From positions 1-60,514 of the forward strand of contig JAJYED010000003.1 in assembly GCA_021790305.1 (NCBI GenBank): a stretch of 60,514 nucleotides of DNA. Direction: 5' to 3'. The notes beneath the pieces were generated by a model. That model was given only the letters and a program-made list of their open reading frames with translations, had not been told where the DNA came from and searched no databases. This DNA comes from Candidatus Micrarchaeota archaeon (lineage in GTDB: Archaea; Micrarchaeota; Micrarchaeia; Micrarchaeales; CABMGC01). Below, one piece after another: positions 17,642-27,431 of this stretch (position 1 is the first letter of the stretch; each line of letters starts with the position of its first letter). Both the position numbers and the translations under genes were made by a program.

Positions 17642-18601
17642 GTGGAGACGCTTGATAATATAGGAAAGGAGCTTAAGAAGGCTATGGCAGAATCCCTTGA
17701 GAGAGATGCTCCTTTGATAGTATACCATCCTTCGAGGCTCTCTAATGCTGAAGAGTTCAAAGCGTTGTTCAATATATCTGGCGGGCAGGCCGTAGAGCAT
17801 GACATAAGGACTGGCAAGGACGGCTATTCGGTGCAGCAGGGCATGTTTACGGATAGGTTGCATGCCTGGAATATATTACCGGTAAGCAGCCTTGGGGGAT
17901 TAGAGAACGTGTTGGGAACAACAAGAGCAGTAGAAATAGTGGAGATCGCGAAGAAGAGAGACAGGAGCGGGAAACCTTTCACCATGAATACTGTAAAGGA
18001 TAATCTCTTCGTAAAGGATTTGAGAGTAGAAGAGCTCCAAAGATTAGGAAGGTCAGGAGGAGAGGAGATACTTGCGCTTGGGGAGTTCCTTGACCTTTAC
18101 AAACATGCATATGATAGAAAGGTTAAACCTGGAAAACTTTGCATAGACATAAAGGATGGAGACGTGGCCATGAATGGAAGCCTGAAGCTTGCTGTGAATG
18201 CGACAAAAGCAGTATTTGAGGAATTAAAAATGAGAAAACTTGATAGATCAGCATATATGATAATGCAGTATAGTATAGAGGCATTCAAAGCCTCAAAGAG
18301 GATAGTTGGAGATAATGCCATATCTGCGTGTGTTCTGCCAAGGAGCATAATAACTAGAGGCGGAGAGCAGGAATTTGTTGATTATGCAAATAAGGTTGTT
18401 AATGTAGCAGGAGCGGATTGGATAGTATGCAGAATAGGCGATCTGCACTTGATAAAAAACCTATTGGAATCTAGGGATAATAGAGGACAGAACCCTAACG
18501 TGATGGTTTATTCTCCTCCGAAGGAGAGTTCTGACATCAAACTACTGGTAAGAACGCTAAGGGATTACCCTGATATAAAGGCTGTGCAGATAGATGCATG
18601 A
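17642..18601 (+). CDS. Hypothetical protein, distantly glycerophosphodiester phosphodiesterase (GDPD)-like
   Basis: Weak motif-order resemblance only: AVEHDIRTGKDG, VKDLRVEELQRLG, ILALGEFLDL, LCIDIKDG. GTG start. Confidence 0.35.
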   Translation: METLDNIGKELKKAMAESLERDAPLIVYHPSRLSNAEEFKALFNISGGQAVEHDIRTGKDGYSVQQGMFTDRLHAWNILPVSSLGGLENVLGTTRAVEIVEIAKKRDRSGKPFTMNTVKDNLFVKDLRVEELQRLGRSGGEEILALGEFLDLYKHAYDRKVKPGKLCIDIKDGDVAMNGSLKLAVNATKAVFEELKMRKLDRSAYMIMQYSIEAFKASKRIVGDNAISACVLPRSIITRGGEQEFVDYANKVVNVAGADWIVCRIGDLHLIKNLLESRDNRGQNPNVMVYSPPKESSDIKLLVRTLRDYPDIKAVQIDA

Positions 18602-18656
18602 GATAGCCAGGATAGGAGAGTTTAAATAATTCGCATTGTATATATAATGGGGTTCG

Positions 18657-19241
18657 ATGGGGACAACTGCTGGCACATCAGACAGTAGTAAAAGCAGGTA
18701 TTCACTATGGCTTATGCCCGCTGAAGAGAGTGTATTTGGCGAGCTGCAGAATACCATAAATAGCATAAGCAGCAGGTATTCCACTCCTTCCTTTGAACCA
18801 CATGTAACATTGATGGCGGGGATTTCAGGTACTGAGAATAATGTCATCGAGAGCACGCTTTATCTTGCAGGCAGAATTGACAGGTGCATGGTTGCATTAG
18901 GAAGCATAGGCAGATCTAGGGAGTATTTCAGATCCCTATTTGTAAGAGTACAGAAGAATGAAGAGATAGAAAGGGCTGCAGATCTTGCGAAGGAGGTGTT
19001 TGAGAGGTATTATACAAGAGAGTATACGCCACACCTGAGCTTTATGTATGCTGATATGGAGGACAGCCAGAAGGATAAGATAATAGAGGAGTATGGGCTT
19101 GTTCCGCTGGTCAGAAGATTGAGTACATTCACCGTAGGCAGATTGAGCCTTTATTACACGTATGGCAGGGTTAATGAGTGGCAGAAGGTAAGAGAGTTCA
19201 ATCTGATGAATCCGGTTAAAGAAGCCAGATCGATCCTCTGA
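18657..19241 (+). CDS. 2H phosphoesterase superfamily protein (cyclic phosphodiesterase / LigT-like)
   Basis: Two H-x-T/S-x motifs at the expected spacing: FEPHVTL and YTPHLSF. Confidence 0.7.
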   Translation: MGTTAGTSDSSKSRYSLWLMPAEESVFGELQNTINSISSRYSTPSFEPHVTLMAGISGTENNVIESTLYLAGRIDRCMVALGSIGRSREYFRSLFVRVQKNEEIERAADLAKEVFERYYTREYTPHLSFMYADMEDSQKDKIIEEYGLVPLVRRLSTFTVGRLSLYYTYGRVNEWQKVREFNLMNPVKEARSIL

Positions 19242-19385
19242 TTATCCTAGTCTTGATTTTGGCAGTATATTATTTCTTTGGACAGTTGCTTCACGCTATT
19301 CCTCAAAAACAATATAAAACTCTTGCACCTATCCTTATTGGTGCTTGTGTTGAAAAAGGAGGCGTTCAGTGGGAGCGTAACGTAT

Positions 19386-20429
19386 ATGCAGGTAATGGAT
19401 GAGAACGGAGTTATTGACAAAGAGCTGATGCCAAATTATGTTGATGATAATAAGATACTGGAGATGCTCAGATATATGGTCCTTGCACGAGAGATAGATG
19501 CAAAGGCTCTCTCTTTGCAGAGGCAGGGGCGTGCGGTGACATATGCGCCGCTTCTTGGAGAAGAGGCAACGCAGGTAGGGGCTGCGATGGCGCTTAGGAA
19601 GGACGATTATTTTGTGCCTAACTTCAGGCAGCACGCAGTGTATCTGGTTCGCGGGCTGCCAATGGATCTGTACTTTACATACTGGCGCGGTTATGAAGAG
19701 GCGCAGAAGATACCTGAAAATGTGAAGGGGCTTCCTGTTATAGTTCCAGTATCTACTCAGATGCCGCATGCTGCAGGCATAGCTTATGCGCAGAAGTACA
19801 AGAAGACCGGCGCTGCAGTCATAGCTTTTGTCGGAGATGGTGGAACTTCGGAAGGTGATTTCTACGAAGCGATCAACTTTGCAGGTGCGTGGAATATTCC
19901 GCTTATCACAATAATAGAGAATAACGCATGGGCGATATCAGAGCCTACAAGAAAGCAGACAGCTGCGACTACTCTTGCACAGAAGGGAATAGCTGCCGGG
20001 ATAAAGAGGATAATACAGGTGGATGGGAATGACGTTATTGCGGTTTACAAGGCTGTAAGAGAAGCGATAGAAGCATCTGCTGACGGTCCTGCAGTTATAG
20101 AGGCGCTGACTTACAGGATGGGCATGCACACAACTGCAGACGATCCTACAAAGTACAGACCTGACGAGGAGCTGGAGAGATGGAAACCCAGGGATCCGAT
20201 ACTGAGAGTGAAGAAATACCTGACTGCAAAGAACCTTTGGAGCGAGGATATCGAGGCGAAGTTCCTTGAGGAGAACATGAAGAAGATAGATGATGCTATT
20301 GAAAAGGCAGAGAGCTTTGTCCCTGATCCGAAGAGCATGTTCGAAAGCGTGTATAGCTTTATGCCGGCTGTGCTTCAGGAGGAGATGGACGAAGCTGTTA
20401 AGGAGAATTTCTGGCAGGGTGATTCCTAA
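19386..20429 (+). CDS. 2-oxoacid dehydrogenase E1 component, alpha subunit (TPP-dependent)
   Basis: FVGDGGTSEGDFYEAINFAGAWNIPLITIIENNAWAIS is the TPP-binding motif. Start taken at ATG 19386 (MQVMDENG); the ORF-track extension upstream is hydrophobic junk. Confidence 0.85.
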   Translation: MQVMDENGVIDKELMPNYVDDNKILEMLRYMVLAREIDAKALSLQRQGRAVTYAPLLGEEATQVGAAMALRKDDYFVPNFRQHAVYLVRGLPMDLYFTYWRGYEEAQKIPENVKGLPVIVPVSTQMPHAAGIAYAQKYKKTGAAVIAFVGDGGTSEGDFYEAINFAGAWNIPLITIIENNAWAISEPTRKQTAATTLAQKGIAAGIKRIIQVDGNDVIAVYKAVREAIEASADGPAVIEALTYRMGMHTTADDPTKYRPDEELERWKPRDPILRVKKYLTAKNLWSEDIEAKFLEENMKKIDDAIEKAESFVPDPKSMFESVYSFMPAVLQEEMDEAVKENFWQGDS

Positions 20430-21394
20430 TGATGGCAAACATGGTTACAGCGTTGAACAGTGCTCTCAGCCACATACTTGAGAATGACAAGGATGCAGTA
20501 GTACTGGGAGAGGATGTTGGAAAGGATGGAGGGGTATTCAGGGTCACTGACGGACTGGCTGAAAAATTCGGAGACGACAGAGTGATAGATACCCCATTGG
20601 CAGAATCAGGGATAATAGGCACTTCGATAGGCATGGCGATATCGGGAATGAGGCCGATACCTGAGATACAGTTTGCAGGCTTCATGTTCCTCGGATTCAG
20701 CCAGCTGGTAAACCATGCTGCAAGGTACAGGACAAGGACGAGAGGCGCATTCAAGGTTCCGATGATAGTGCGTACTCCTGTAAGCGGAGGCGTAAGGACG
20801 CTTGAGCACCACTCAGAAAGCCCGGAAGCTTATTACTCGCACATGGGTGGTCTGATAGTTGTAGAGCCTTCAGGGCCTTATGATGCAAAGGGATTGATGA
20901 TAAAGGCGTCTAAGCTTGACGATCCTGTCATCTTCCTTGAACCTACAAAACTCTACAGGCTATTCAAGGAGGAGGTTCCTGACGAGCCTTATGAGGTTGA
21001 GATAGGCAAGGCAAAGGTTCTTAGAGAGGGTAATGAGCTCAGCATAATAACCTATGGCACTATGGTGCCCGTAGTCAAGAGCGTTGTGGAGAAGAGGGCC
21101 ATAGATGCGGAGGTAATAGATTTAAGGACGATAAACCCGCTTGATGAGGAGTGCATCATAGGGAGTGTGAAGAAGACGGGAAGGGCGCTCGTCGTTCATG
21201 AGGCATCCTTGAGCTTCGGAGTTGGAGCAGAGATCTCTGCAAGGATAGCAGAGAAGGCGATATTCGACCTTAAGGCTCCGGTAATAAGAGTTGCATCGCA
21301 CTCGCTGCCTTATCCGTTCCCAGGATATGAGAAGTATTACATACCAAATGAGCTTAAGGTGTCAAAGGCCATAGATAAGATAATGTCGGTGTAG
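20429..21394 (+). CDS. 2-oxoacid dehydrogenase E1 component, beta subunit
   Basis: VLGEDVGKDGGVFRVT...VIDTPLAESGIIGTSIGMA is typical of E1 beta. ATGATG overlaps the E1 alpha stop, preceded by a GGTGAT SD-like sequence. Confidence 0.9.
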   Translation: MMANMVTALNSALSHILENDKDAVVLGEDVGKDGGVFRVTDGLAEKFGDDRVIDTPLAESGIIGTSIGMAISGMRPIPEIQFAGFMFLGFSQLVNHAARYRTRTRGAFKVPMIVRTPVSGGVRTLEHHSESPEAYYSHMGGLIVVEPSGPYDAKGLMIKASKLDDPVIFLEPTKLYRLFKEEVPDEPYEVEIGKAKVLREGNELSIITYGTMVPVVKSVVEKRAIDAEVIDLRTINPLDEECIIGSVKKTGRALVVHEASLSFGVGAEISARIAEKAIFDLKAPVIRVASHSLPYPFPGYEKYYIPNELKVSKAIDKIMSV

Positions 21395-21396
21395 AA

Positions 21397-22641
21397 GTGA
21401 AGGAGATAAGATTCGTTGATGTTGGAGAGGGGATAACAGAGGGCCATCTGCAGAAGTGGCTGGTCAAAGACGGAGACACTGTAAAGGAGGACCAGGCTGT
21501 TGCCCAGATAGAGACCGATAAAGCGATAGTGAACATACCCGCACCGATATCCGGCAGGATAAAGCTTATTGCAAAGGAAAATACAGACGTAAAGGTAGGT
21601 GATACGTTAGCAACTGTAGGCGATGGAGCACCTGACACAGAGCCTAAAAAGGCTGCGCCTGCAACTGAAAAGAGCGTTCAGCAGGCTGCCCCTGTTGCAC
21701 AGGCTACTGCACACATTGCTGCTGAACCTGATGCAGTGGCAACAGGTAAGACCAAGGAGATACTTGCTACGCCTTATGTTAGGAAACTTGCCCGCGACCT
21801 CGGAATAGACTTATCAAAAGTTACAGGCACTGGCCCACAGGGAAGGGTTCTTGAGAATGACGTTAAGGCATTTGCAAACAATGGAGCTGTTCCGAAGAAG
21901 CTTGTACCCAAATTCTCGGAGGTGCTTGAAGAACAGCATGGCGAGGATATTGAAAGAGTACCGATGTCGCAGTTGAGGAAGACGATCGCAAAGAATATGG
22001 AACTCTCGTGGACAATCCCTAGAGCCGTGCATATGGATATTGCAGATGCAGGACATCTTTTCGAGATAGTCAAGAGGGAGAAGGAGAATACAGAGAAAGC
22101 AGGTTTCAAGCTTACATTCCTTCCGTTCATGATAAAGGCAGTGGTAGAAGCGCTTAAGGAGAGTCCGAGATTCAATTCCAGTTACGATCATGACAGGCAG
22201 GAGATAATAGTGAAGAAGTATTACAATGTAGGGCTTGCTGCAGAAGCTCCTGATGGATTGAAGGTAGTAGTGATAAAGAATGCGGACAGGAAGAGCATTT
22301 CGGAGATAGCTAAGGAGATAATGGCGCTTCACAAAAAGGTTCTTGACAATACCATCTCTTTGGAGGAGATGCATGACGGCACCTTTACTATAACCAATAT
22401 AGGAAGCCTTGGAGGCGGATATCTCTCTGTCCCGATGATAAATTATCCGGAAGTTGCAATACTCGGAGTGCATATGATAAAGGAGGTGCCGGTAGTAAAG
22501 GATGGCAAGATAGTCGTAGGAAGGCAATTGCCATTCTCCCTTGTCTTTGACCATAGAGTAGTTGATGGGGCTGAAGCCGTGAAGTTCGGAAACGCCTTTA
22601 AGAGATATATAGAGGATCCTGAATTCCTCGAGATGCTGTGA
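21397..22641 (+). CDS. 2-oxoacid dehydrogenase E2 (dihydrolipoamide acyltransferase)
   Basis: Lipoyl domain with IETDKAIVNIPAP, subunit-binding domain ATPYVRKLARDLGIDLSKVTGTGPQGRV, catalytic DHRVVDG. GTG start. Confidence 0.9.
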   Translation: MKEIRFVDVGEGITEGHLQKWLVKDGDTVKEDQAVAQIETDKAIVNIPAPISGRIKLIAKENTDVKVGDTLATVGDGAPDTEPKKAAPATEKSVQQAAPVAQATAHIAAEPDAVATGKTKEILATPYVRKLARDLGIDLSKVTGTGPQGRVLENDVKAFANNGAVPKKLVPKFSEVLEEQHGEDIERVPMSQLRKTIAKNMELSWTIPRAVHMDIADAGHLFEIVKREKENTEKAGFKLTFLPFMIKAVVEALKESPRFNSSYDHDRQEIIVKKYYNVGLAAEAPDGLKVVVIKNADRKSISEIAKEIMALHKKVLDNTISLEEMHDGTFTITNIGSLGGGYLSVPMINYPEVAILGVHMIKEVPVVKDGKIVVGRQLPFSLVFDHRVVDGAEAVKFGNAFKRYIEDPEFLEML

Positions 22642-22642
22642 T

Positions 22643-24007
22643 ATGGTAATGGGTTCACTTCCTGAAGAGATTGACTTAGCAGTCATCGGAGGAGGAGTAG
22701 GCGGATATGTTGCAGCTATAAGGGCCGCAGAGCTTGGAAAGAGTGTAACCATAGTGGAAAAGGAGAAGATGGGCGGTCACTGCCTGAACTATGCGTGCAT
22801 ACCTTCAAAGACACTCATACACATCTCTGATCTGTTGTATTCTGCGACTCATTCAGAAAACATGGGAATATCCGGAACCTTGAGCATAGATGCAAAGAAG
22901 ATGCATGATTGGAGGATTGGAGTTTCGCAGAAACTGGAAAAAGGAGTTGAGAGTCTGTGCAGATCTAATGGCATAGAGATAGTCAAGGGCGAGGCCACCT
23001 TCCTCAACTCAAACACATTGCAGCTTACGAACGGTACCTCTCTTGACTTCAAGAAAGCGATAATCGCAACAGGCTCTATACCTTCTGAGCTTAAGGGATT
23101 CGCTTTCAACGGCAGCAGCATCATCGACTATAAACAGGCCCTATCACTTGATTACATACCGAAGAGCATTGCGATAATTGGAGCAGGGTATGTCTCTGTG
23201 GAGATAGCAGGGATGTTTGCAAAACTGGGTTCGCAGGTCCATGTGATAGCGCGCTCTGGCATACTCTCTAAGTTCGATCCGGATGCAACAGCATTGGTAG
23301 GTAAAAGGCTTGGGGATCTTGGAGTAAAGATACATGCAGGAGTTACTCCTGAAAAGTATGATGGAAAGGAAGTGAAGCTCTCTGATGGCACTTCGATAGA
23401 AACAGATGTAGTTGTAGTGGCAATAGGGCTTGTACCTTATACAAATGGACTTGAACTTGAAAATACAAAGGTAAAACTGGACGATAGAGGATTTATTGTT
23501 GTCGACGGTTCATTGCAGACTGCGGACAGCAACATACTTGCAATAGGCGATGTTGTTGGAGAGCCTATGCTCGCGCACAAGGCCATAAGGCAGGGAGTGG
23601 TAGCAGGAGAGAAAGCAGCAGGGCTCAATTCAGGCTTTGACAATCTTGTCATACCTGCAGTCATCTTCTCCGATCCGGAAGTGGCTCTGGCAGGTACCCT
23701 TAATGCGAAGAACGTCAAGAAGTTTCCGATGAGCGCCGTTGGCAGAGGGGTTGCCCTTGACATGAAGGAAGGATTCGTGAAGATAGCTTATGATGATGAG
23801 AATATAGTAAAGGGAGTGGAGATAGTCGGTCAGGATGCGAATGCGATGATAGCTGAAGCGGCTCTTGCTATAGAGATGGGAGCTAATCTTGAGGACATTG
23901 CAGACACTATACATCCACATCCTACGTTCTCCGAAGCGGTTCAGGAAGCTGCGGAAGCGGCTCTCGGAAGACCTTTGCATTTCTATTATGGAAAGGGGAC
24001 AAAATGA
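22643..24007 (+). CDS. lpdA: Dihydrolipoamide dehydrogenase (E3)
   Basis: FAD-binding VIGGGVGGYVAA, redox disulfide GGHCLNYACIPSK, C-terminal HPHPTFSE interface motif. Confidence 0.9.
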   Translation: MVMGSLPEEIDLAVIGGGVGGYVAAIRAAELGKSVTIVEKEKMGGHCLNYACIPSKTLIHISDLLYSATHSENMGISGTLSIDAKKMHDWRIGVSQKLEKGVESLCRSNGIEIVKGEATFLNSNTLQLTNGTSLDFKKAIIATGSIPSELKGFAFNGSSIIDYKQALSLDYIPKSIAIIGAGYVSVEIAGMFAKLGSQVHVIARSGILSKFDPDATALVGKRLGDLGVKIHAGVTPEKYDGKEVKLSDGTSIETDVVVVAIGLVPYTNGLELENTKVKLDDRGFIVVDGSLQTADSNILAIGDVVGEPMLAHKAIRQGVVAGEKAAGLNSGFDNLVIPAVIFSDPEVALAGTLNAKNVKKFPMSAVGRGVALDMKEGFVKIAYDDENIVKGVEIVGQDANAMIAEAALAIEMGANLEDIADTIHPHPTFSEAVQEAAEAALGRPLHFYYGKGTK

Positions 24008-24783
24008 AGATAACGATAATCTGCAAGAAGTATTACAAGGAGATACATGAACTTGAGAAGGCTTTTGAGATGTCGAGGAGCGGGGACATGTGCATAGCCA
24101 TAGGCGGTGATGGCACCTTCGTGAAAGCAGCGAGGGAATTTAACGGGCCGATACTTGCGATACGTGGAGACGAGAGCAACAGTGCAGGCTACTATTCTGA
24201 CATAAGCATAAAGGATATCTCTCTGGTTGTGAAGAAACTGAAGAAGAAGCAGTATACCATAGAGAATCTTGGGAACAAGATAGAGCTGTCTTTCAAGGGC
24301 AAGAGGTACTATGCGGTCAATGAGGTGTTGCTGCACAATTGGCGCGAGGAGGTATACTTCAGCGTTTACTACAAAGATGACCATAAGGAAAAGGCTATAT
24401 ACCCTTACATAATGGCAGGAGATGGAATGCTTGTGACAAGCGAAGTTGGCTCTACAGCATACAACAGGTCTGCAGGCGGGCCTGTAATACTCTCGCCGAA
24501 GCTTCTCTGCGCCACCTTCCTGAATGTCGATGGACCTTACACCAATTCGATAATAGTGAGTCCTGATAAGAAGATAGGGGCAAGGATAGAGAAGTACAGC
24601 GGTGTGCTGAGATATGATGGAATAGATGCGGGCAGCATAAAGAAGGGGGAGAGCTTTGAGGTTTCTCTATCTAAGAAGGAGTTGCGGGTGGTAAGACTTG
24701 ATGGAGTAAGAGAGGACATAGCGGTAAAGCTCGCCCGTATAATAAAGGGTAAGATGAGGAAACCTGAAGGCATAGAGTACTGA
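24004..24783 (+). CDS. nadK: NAD kinase
   Basis: GGDGT motif (CIAIGGDGTFVKA) and STAYNRSAGGP. 4-nt ATGA overlap with the E3 stop. Confidence 0.85.
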   Translation: MKITIICKKYYKEIHELEKAFEMSRSGDMCIAIGGDGTFVKAAREFNGPILAIRGDESNSAGYYSDISIKDISLVVKKLKKKQYTIENLGNKIELSFKGKRYYAVNEVLLHNWREEVYFSVYYKDDHKEKAIYPYIMAGDGMLVTSEVGSTAYNRSAGGPVILSPKLLCATFLNVDGPYTNSIIVSPDKKIGARIEKYSGVLRYDGIDAGSIKKGESFEVSLSKKELRVVRLDGVREDIAVKLARIIKGKMRKPEGIEY

Positions 24784-24789
24784 CGGTTT

Positions 24790-25671
24790 TCACTGCTTTT
24801 TCTGGAAGAACGCATGCTCAAGTGTCCTGAATATGAGCTTTGCTGCAAGGAAGTTAGGGGCTATCATCCCAGGTATTGGAGCTAGTTCGCATACGTCCAT
24901 TCCAAGAAGGTTTTTCTCTGCAAGAATGCTTTTCAGTACCGCATCTATCTGTGCAAAATGCATCCCGTTAGGCTCTGGAGTGCCTACGCTTGGCATCTCC
25001 CCGTTGTCAAGAACGTCTAAGTCTATCGTTATGTATACATTCTGCTTTGTGCGCTTCTTTATTATCTCTGCAATCTCATTTACAGGCAGGTTCTGCATGT
25101 CCTTCATGTAAAGTATATCATTTGAATATCTCTTTGCACTCTCGATATCTATGCTCCTGACCCCGACGCTATAGCAGCTTTTGCAGACCTCCCTTGCACG
25201 TGCCATTATGCATGCATGGGAGTACCTGCTGCCCATATATTCATCCCGGTAATCAGAATGGGCATCGAAGTGGATTACGCTGAATTCCTTATTGCGCTTT
25301 GCAACTGCTCTTATAGAGCCGACAGCTATCGAATGCTCTCCGCCAATGAGCAGCGGCATCTTCTTTGCATCCAGTATAATATCTATCTCTTTTTCTATCC
25401 AGTTTACAGTCTCTTCTGGAGAGTTTACGCTTGGCTGCATCTCATCGGTAGTGTATACGCCTATTTCCGTTATCTCCTTCTTGTATTCCTCATCGTAGAG
25501 TTCGAGGTTCCTGCTCGCATCTATTATCGCATGCGGACCATCCCTTGCACCTGATTTGTATGAAGTAGTAGAATCGTATGGAACAGGCAGTGCCACAACC
25601 TTTGCGCTATCGTAATCCTGATCCTCTACCCCGAATAGATTATATGGTGGAAGTTGGTGCAGCAGTTTCAT
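24790..25671 (-). CDS. speB: Agmatinase / arginase-family ureohydrolase
   Basis: Mn-ligand motifs GGEHS, HFDAHSDY and TIDLDVLD. Confidence 0.85.
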   Translation of the reverse strand: MKLLHQLPPYNLFGVEDQDYDSAKVVALPVPYDSTTSYKSGARDGPHAIIDASRNLELYDEEYKKEITEIGVYTTDEMQPSVNSPEETVNWIEKEIDIILDAKKMPLLIGGEHSIAVGSIRAVAKRNKEFSVIHFDAHSDYRDEYMGSRYSHACIMARAREVCKSCYSVGVRSIDIESAKRYSNDILYMKDMQNLPVNEIAEIIKKRTKQNVYITIDLDVLDNGEMPSVGTPEPNGMHFAQIDAVLKSILAEKNLLGMDVCELAPIPGMIAPNFLAAKLIFRTLEHAFFQKKQ

Positions 25672-25688
25672 TCTCTCACATTATTTTG

Positions 25689-26093
25689 CTATAACTCCTT
25701 TGTGCTCCTATCTGTCTGCTTGTTCTCGTACTTGAATAAAGCTTCCTTTATCGCCTTCAATGATAATGTGGCGCAGTGCATCCTTACAGGGCCTGGATCA
25801 AGGTTTATTATCTCTATTAAGCTATTTTTGTCCATCGATTCTATCTCCTGCACGCTCCTGCCCTTCAGTTTTTCCATGAGTATGTTCGCAGAGCCCATCG
25901 AGATGACGCAGCCGTCTCCTTCATATGAGACGTCCTTGACCGTGCCGTTTTCTACCTTCAGGAAGACGGTTATCCTGTCTCCGCATGAGACATTCTCCTC
26001 ATGCATCTCAGCATCTGGTTTTTCCATCTTATGCTTGTGCTCCTGCGTTTCATAGCTTGAGAGCAGCTCTTCTGCATACATGTCTAGATCCAT
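25689..26093 (-). CDS. NifU/IscU-like Fe-S cluster scaffold protein
   Basis: Three conserved Cys contexts: NVSCGDRI, GDGCVIS, RMHCATL. Confidence 0.8.
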   Translation of the reverse strand: MDLDMYAEELLSSYETQEHKHKMEKPDAEMHEENVSCGDRITVFLKVENGTVKDVSYEGDGCVISMGSANILMEKLKGRSVQEIESMDKNSLIEIINLDPGPVRMHCATLSLKAIKEALFKYENKQTDRSTKEL

Positions 26094-26157
26094 ATGTCAA
26101 CACTTGTAGGATATGTTCGTATATAAATTATAACGTTCAAGAATAATAAACGTTGGC

Positions 26158-26532
26158 ATGGCAGGCAAATTCGTCATAGTTGATACAAGTTCCATAATAT
26201 TCGGGCTCTCCAAAAAGCATGATGTATTCAGCGCTCTTGAAGAGAGGTTTCCGGGTTATTCGCTGCTCATATCTCAGGGCATAATGAATGAGATAAAGGG
26301 CATTGCAGGCGGGAACGGAAGGTATGCGAAGTATGCAAAGGCTGCGCTTGAGATCATTAATAGGAATAAGAGGATAGAGATAAGCAGGAGCATAGCTTAT
26401 CCGGATAGCTGGATTCTTGCAAGCTCCCCTAAAGCTGAGGCGGTGTGCACAAATGACATCGCACTGAAGAGAGAGCTGAGGAGGAAGGGTGCAGCTGTGC
26501 TGAGCATGGCAATAAACGGGAAATTAAGGTGA
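26158..26532 (+). CDS. PIN-domain protein (Fcf1/VapC-like) upstream of rpo7
   Basis: FVIVDTSSIIF, plus acidic residues at PIN positions (CTNDIALKREL). Its position before Rpo7-Spt4 is a common archaeal arrangement. Confidence 0.65.
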   Translation: MAGKFVIVDTSSIIFGLSKKHDVFSALEERFPGYSLLISQGIMNEIKGIAGGNGRYAKYAKAALEIINRNKRIEISRSIAYPDSWILASSPKAEAVCTNDIALKRELRRKGAAVLSMAINGKLR

Positions 26533-26629
26533 AACTGCCTTTTGGAGAGGATTTATATTTTTATTCGTTGCTATCTTTATGGTAATTTCGCTTCTTATCC
26601 GTGATTAAGACGATTAAACGAGTGATATA

Positions 26630-27226
26630 GTGTACTATATAGATACGATAAAGGATTCGGTGAGTGTATCGCCAATATACTTCGGGGAGAACATAGACGA
26701 AGGAGTTGAGAAGATACTCAGGACCAAATATGAGCGTACGCTAGACAAGGATCTGGGAATAATACTCGCTGTATTCAATGTAAGGGAGATAAGCGACGGC
26801 CGTATAATACCTGGTGATCCTTCTACTCACCATGACGTCACATTTGATATACTGGCATTCAAGCTTGAGGTAGAGGAGGTAGTAGTGGGAGAGGTCTCCG
26901 AACTTGCAGACTTTGGATGCTTCATAAGGATAGGGCCTATAGATGGCCTTGTACACATGTCGCAGATAACCAGCGACTTCATAAGCTATGACAGGAAGGC
27001 AGGCGTTTTCGTTTCAAGGAACACAGGCAGGAGCCTGAAGAAAGGAGATGTTGTCTTCGGCAAGGTCTCATCGATAAGCCTGAAGAACAGCATAGGAGAT
27101 GCAAAAATAGCGCTTACAATGCGCCCTGATGGACTTGGAAAGTATGAATGGATAAAGGAACCCAAGAAGGAGCGCAAGCCTATGGGAAGCAGGCCGAGAG
27201 GGGGCAAAAGACCAACTAAGAGATGA
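26630..27226 (+). CDS. rpo7: DNA-directed RNA polymerase subunit E' (Rpo7) with S1 domain
   Basis: MYYIDTIKDSVSVSP..., S1-like VVGEVSELADFGCFIRIGPIDGLVHMSQI. GTG start. Confidence 0.85.
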   Translation: MYYIDTIKDSVSVSPIYFGENIDEGVEKILRTKYERTLDKDLGIILAVFNVREISDGRIIPGDPSTHHDVTFDILAFKLEVEEVVVGEVSELADFGCFIRIGPIDGLVHMSQITSDFISYDRKAGVFVSRNTGRSLKKGDVVFGKVSSISLKNSIGDAKIALTMRPDGLGKYEWIKEPKKERKPMGSRPRGGKRPTKR

Positions 27227-27242
27227 ATTATAAGGGATTTTT

Positions 27243-27431
27243 ATGGAATTAGCGTGCAGAAAGTGCAATCTGATAATATCGCAGGGCAATACCTGTCCGG
27301 TATGCAATGCTTCTGAGCTGACTTCAAAGTGGAGCGGCTACGTAGCTATGCTTAATGTAGAGAAATCAGATGTGGCTAAGAGGATGGAGATAAAGGTAAA
27401 CGGCTCTTATGCGATAAGCATAAATGGCTGA
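27243..27431 (+). CDS. spt4: Transcription elongation factor Spt4 (RpoE'')
   Basis: 62 aa zinc ribbon: CRKCNLI...CPVCN, then WSGYVAM. Confidence 0.85.
   Translation: MELACRKCNLIISQGNTCPVCNASELTSKWSGYVAMLNVEKSDVAKRMEIKVNGSYAISING

Noticed and set aside
19278-19385. Hydrophobic N-terminal extension of E1 alpha. Similar extensions occur at 42463-42525 (sdhA), 28763-28792 (gltX), 16552-16578 and 32021-32035.
   Set aside because: These begin at non-ATG or poorly placed starts, and the extensions are unlike the families concerned. Internal ATGs give canonical N-termini.
21814-22752. 312-aa minus-strand ORF overlapping the E2/E3 genes.
   Set aside because: It lies antisense to two strongly motif-supported genes and has no recognisable motifs. 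It is typical of shadow ORFs. The same reasoning applies to 5713-6597, 4438-5163, 9154-9747, 27553-28050 and the other antisense ORFs in the track.
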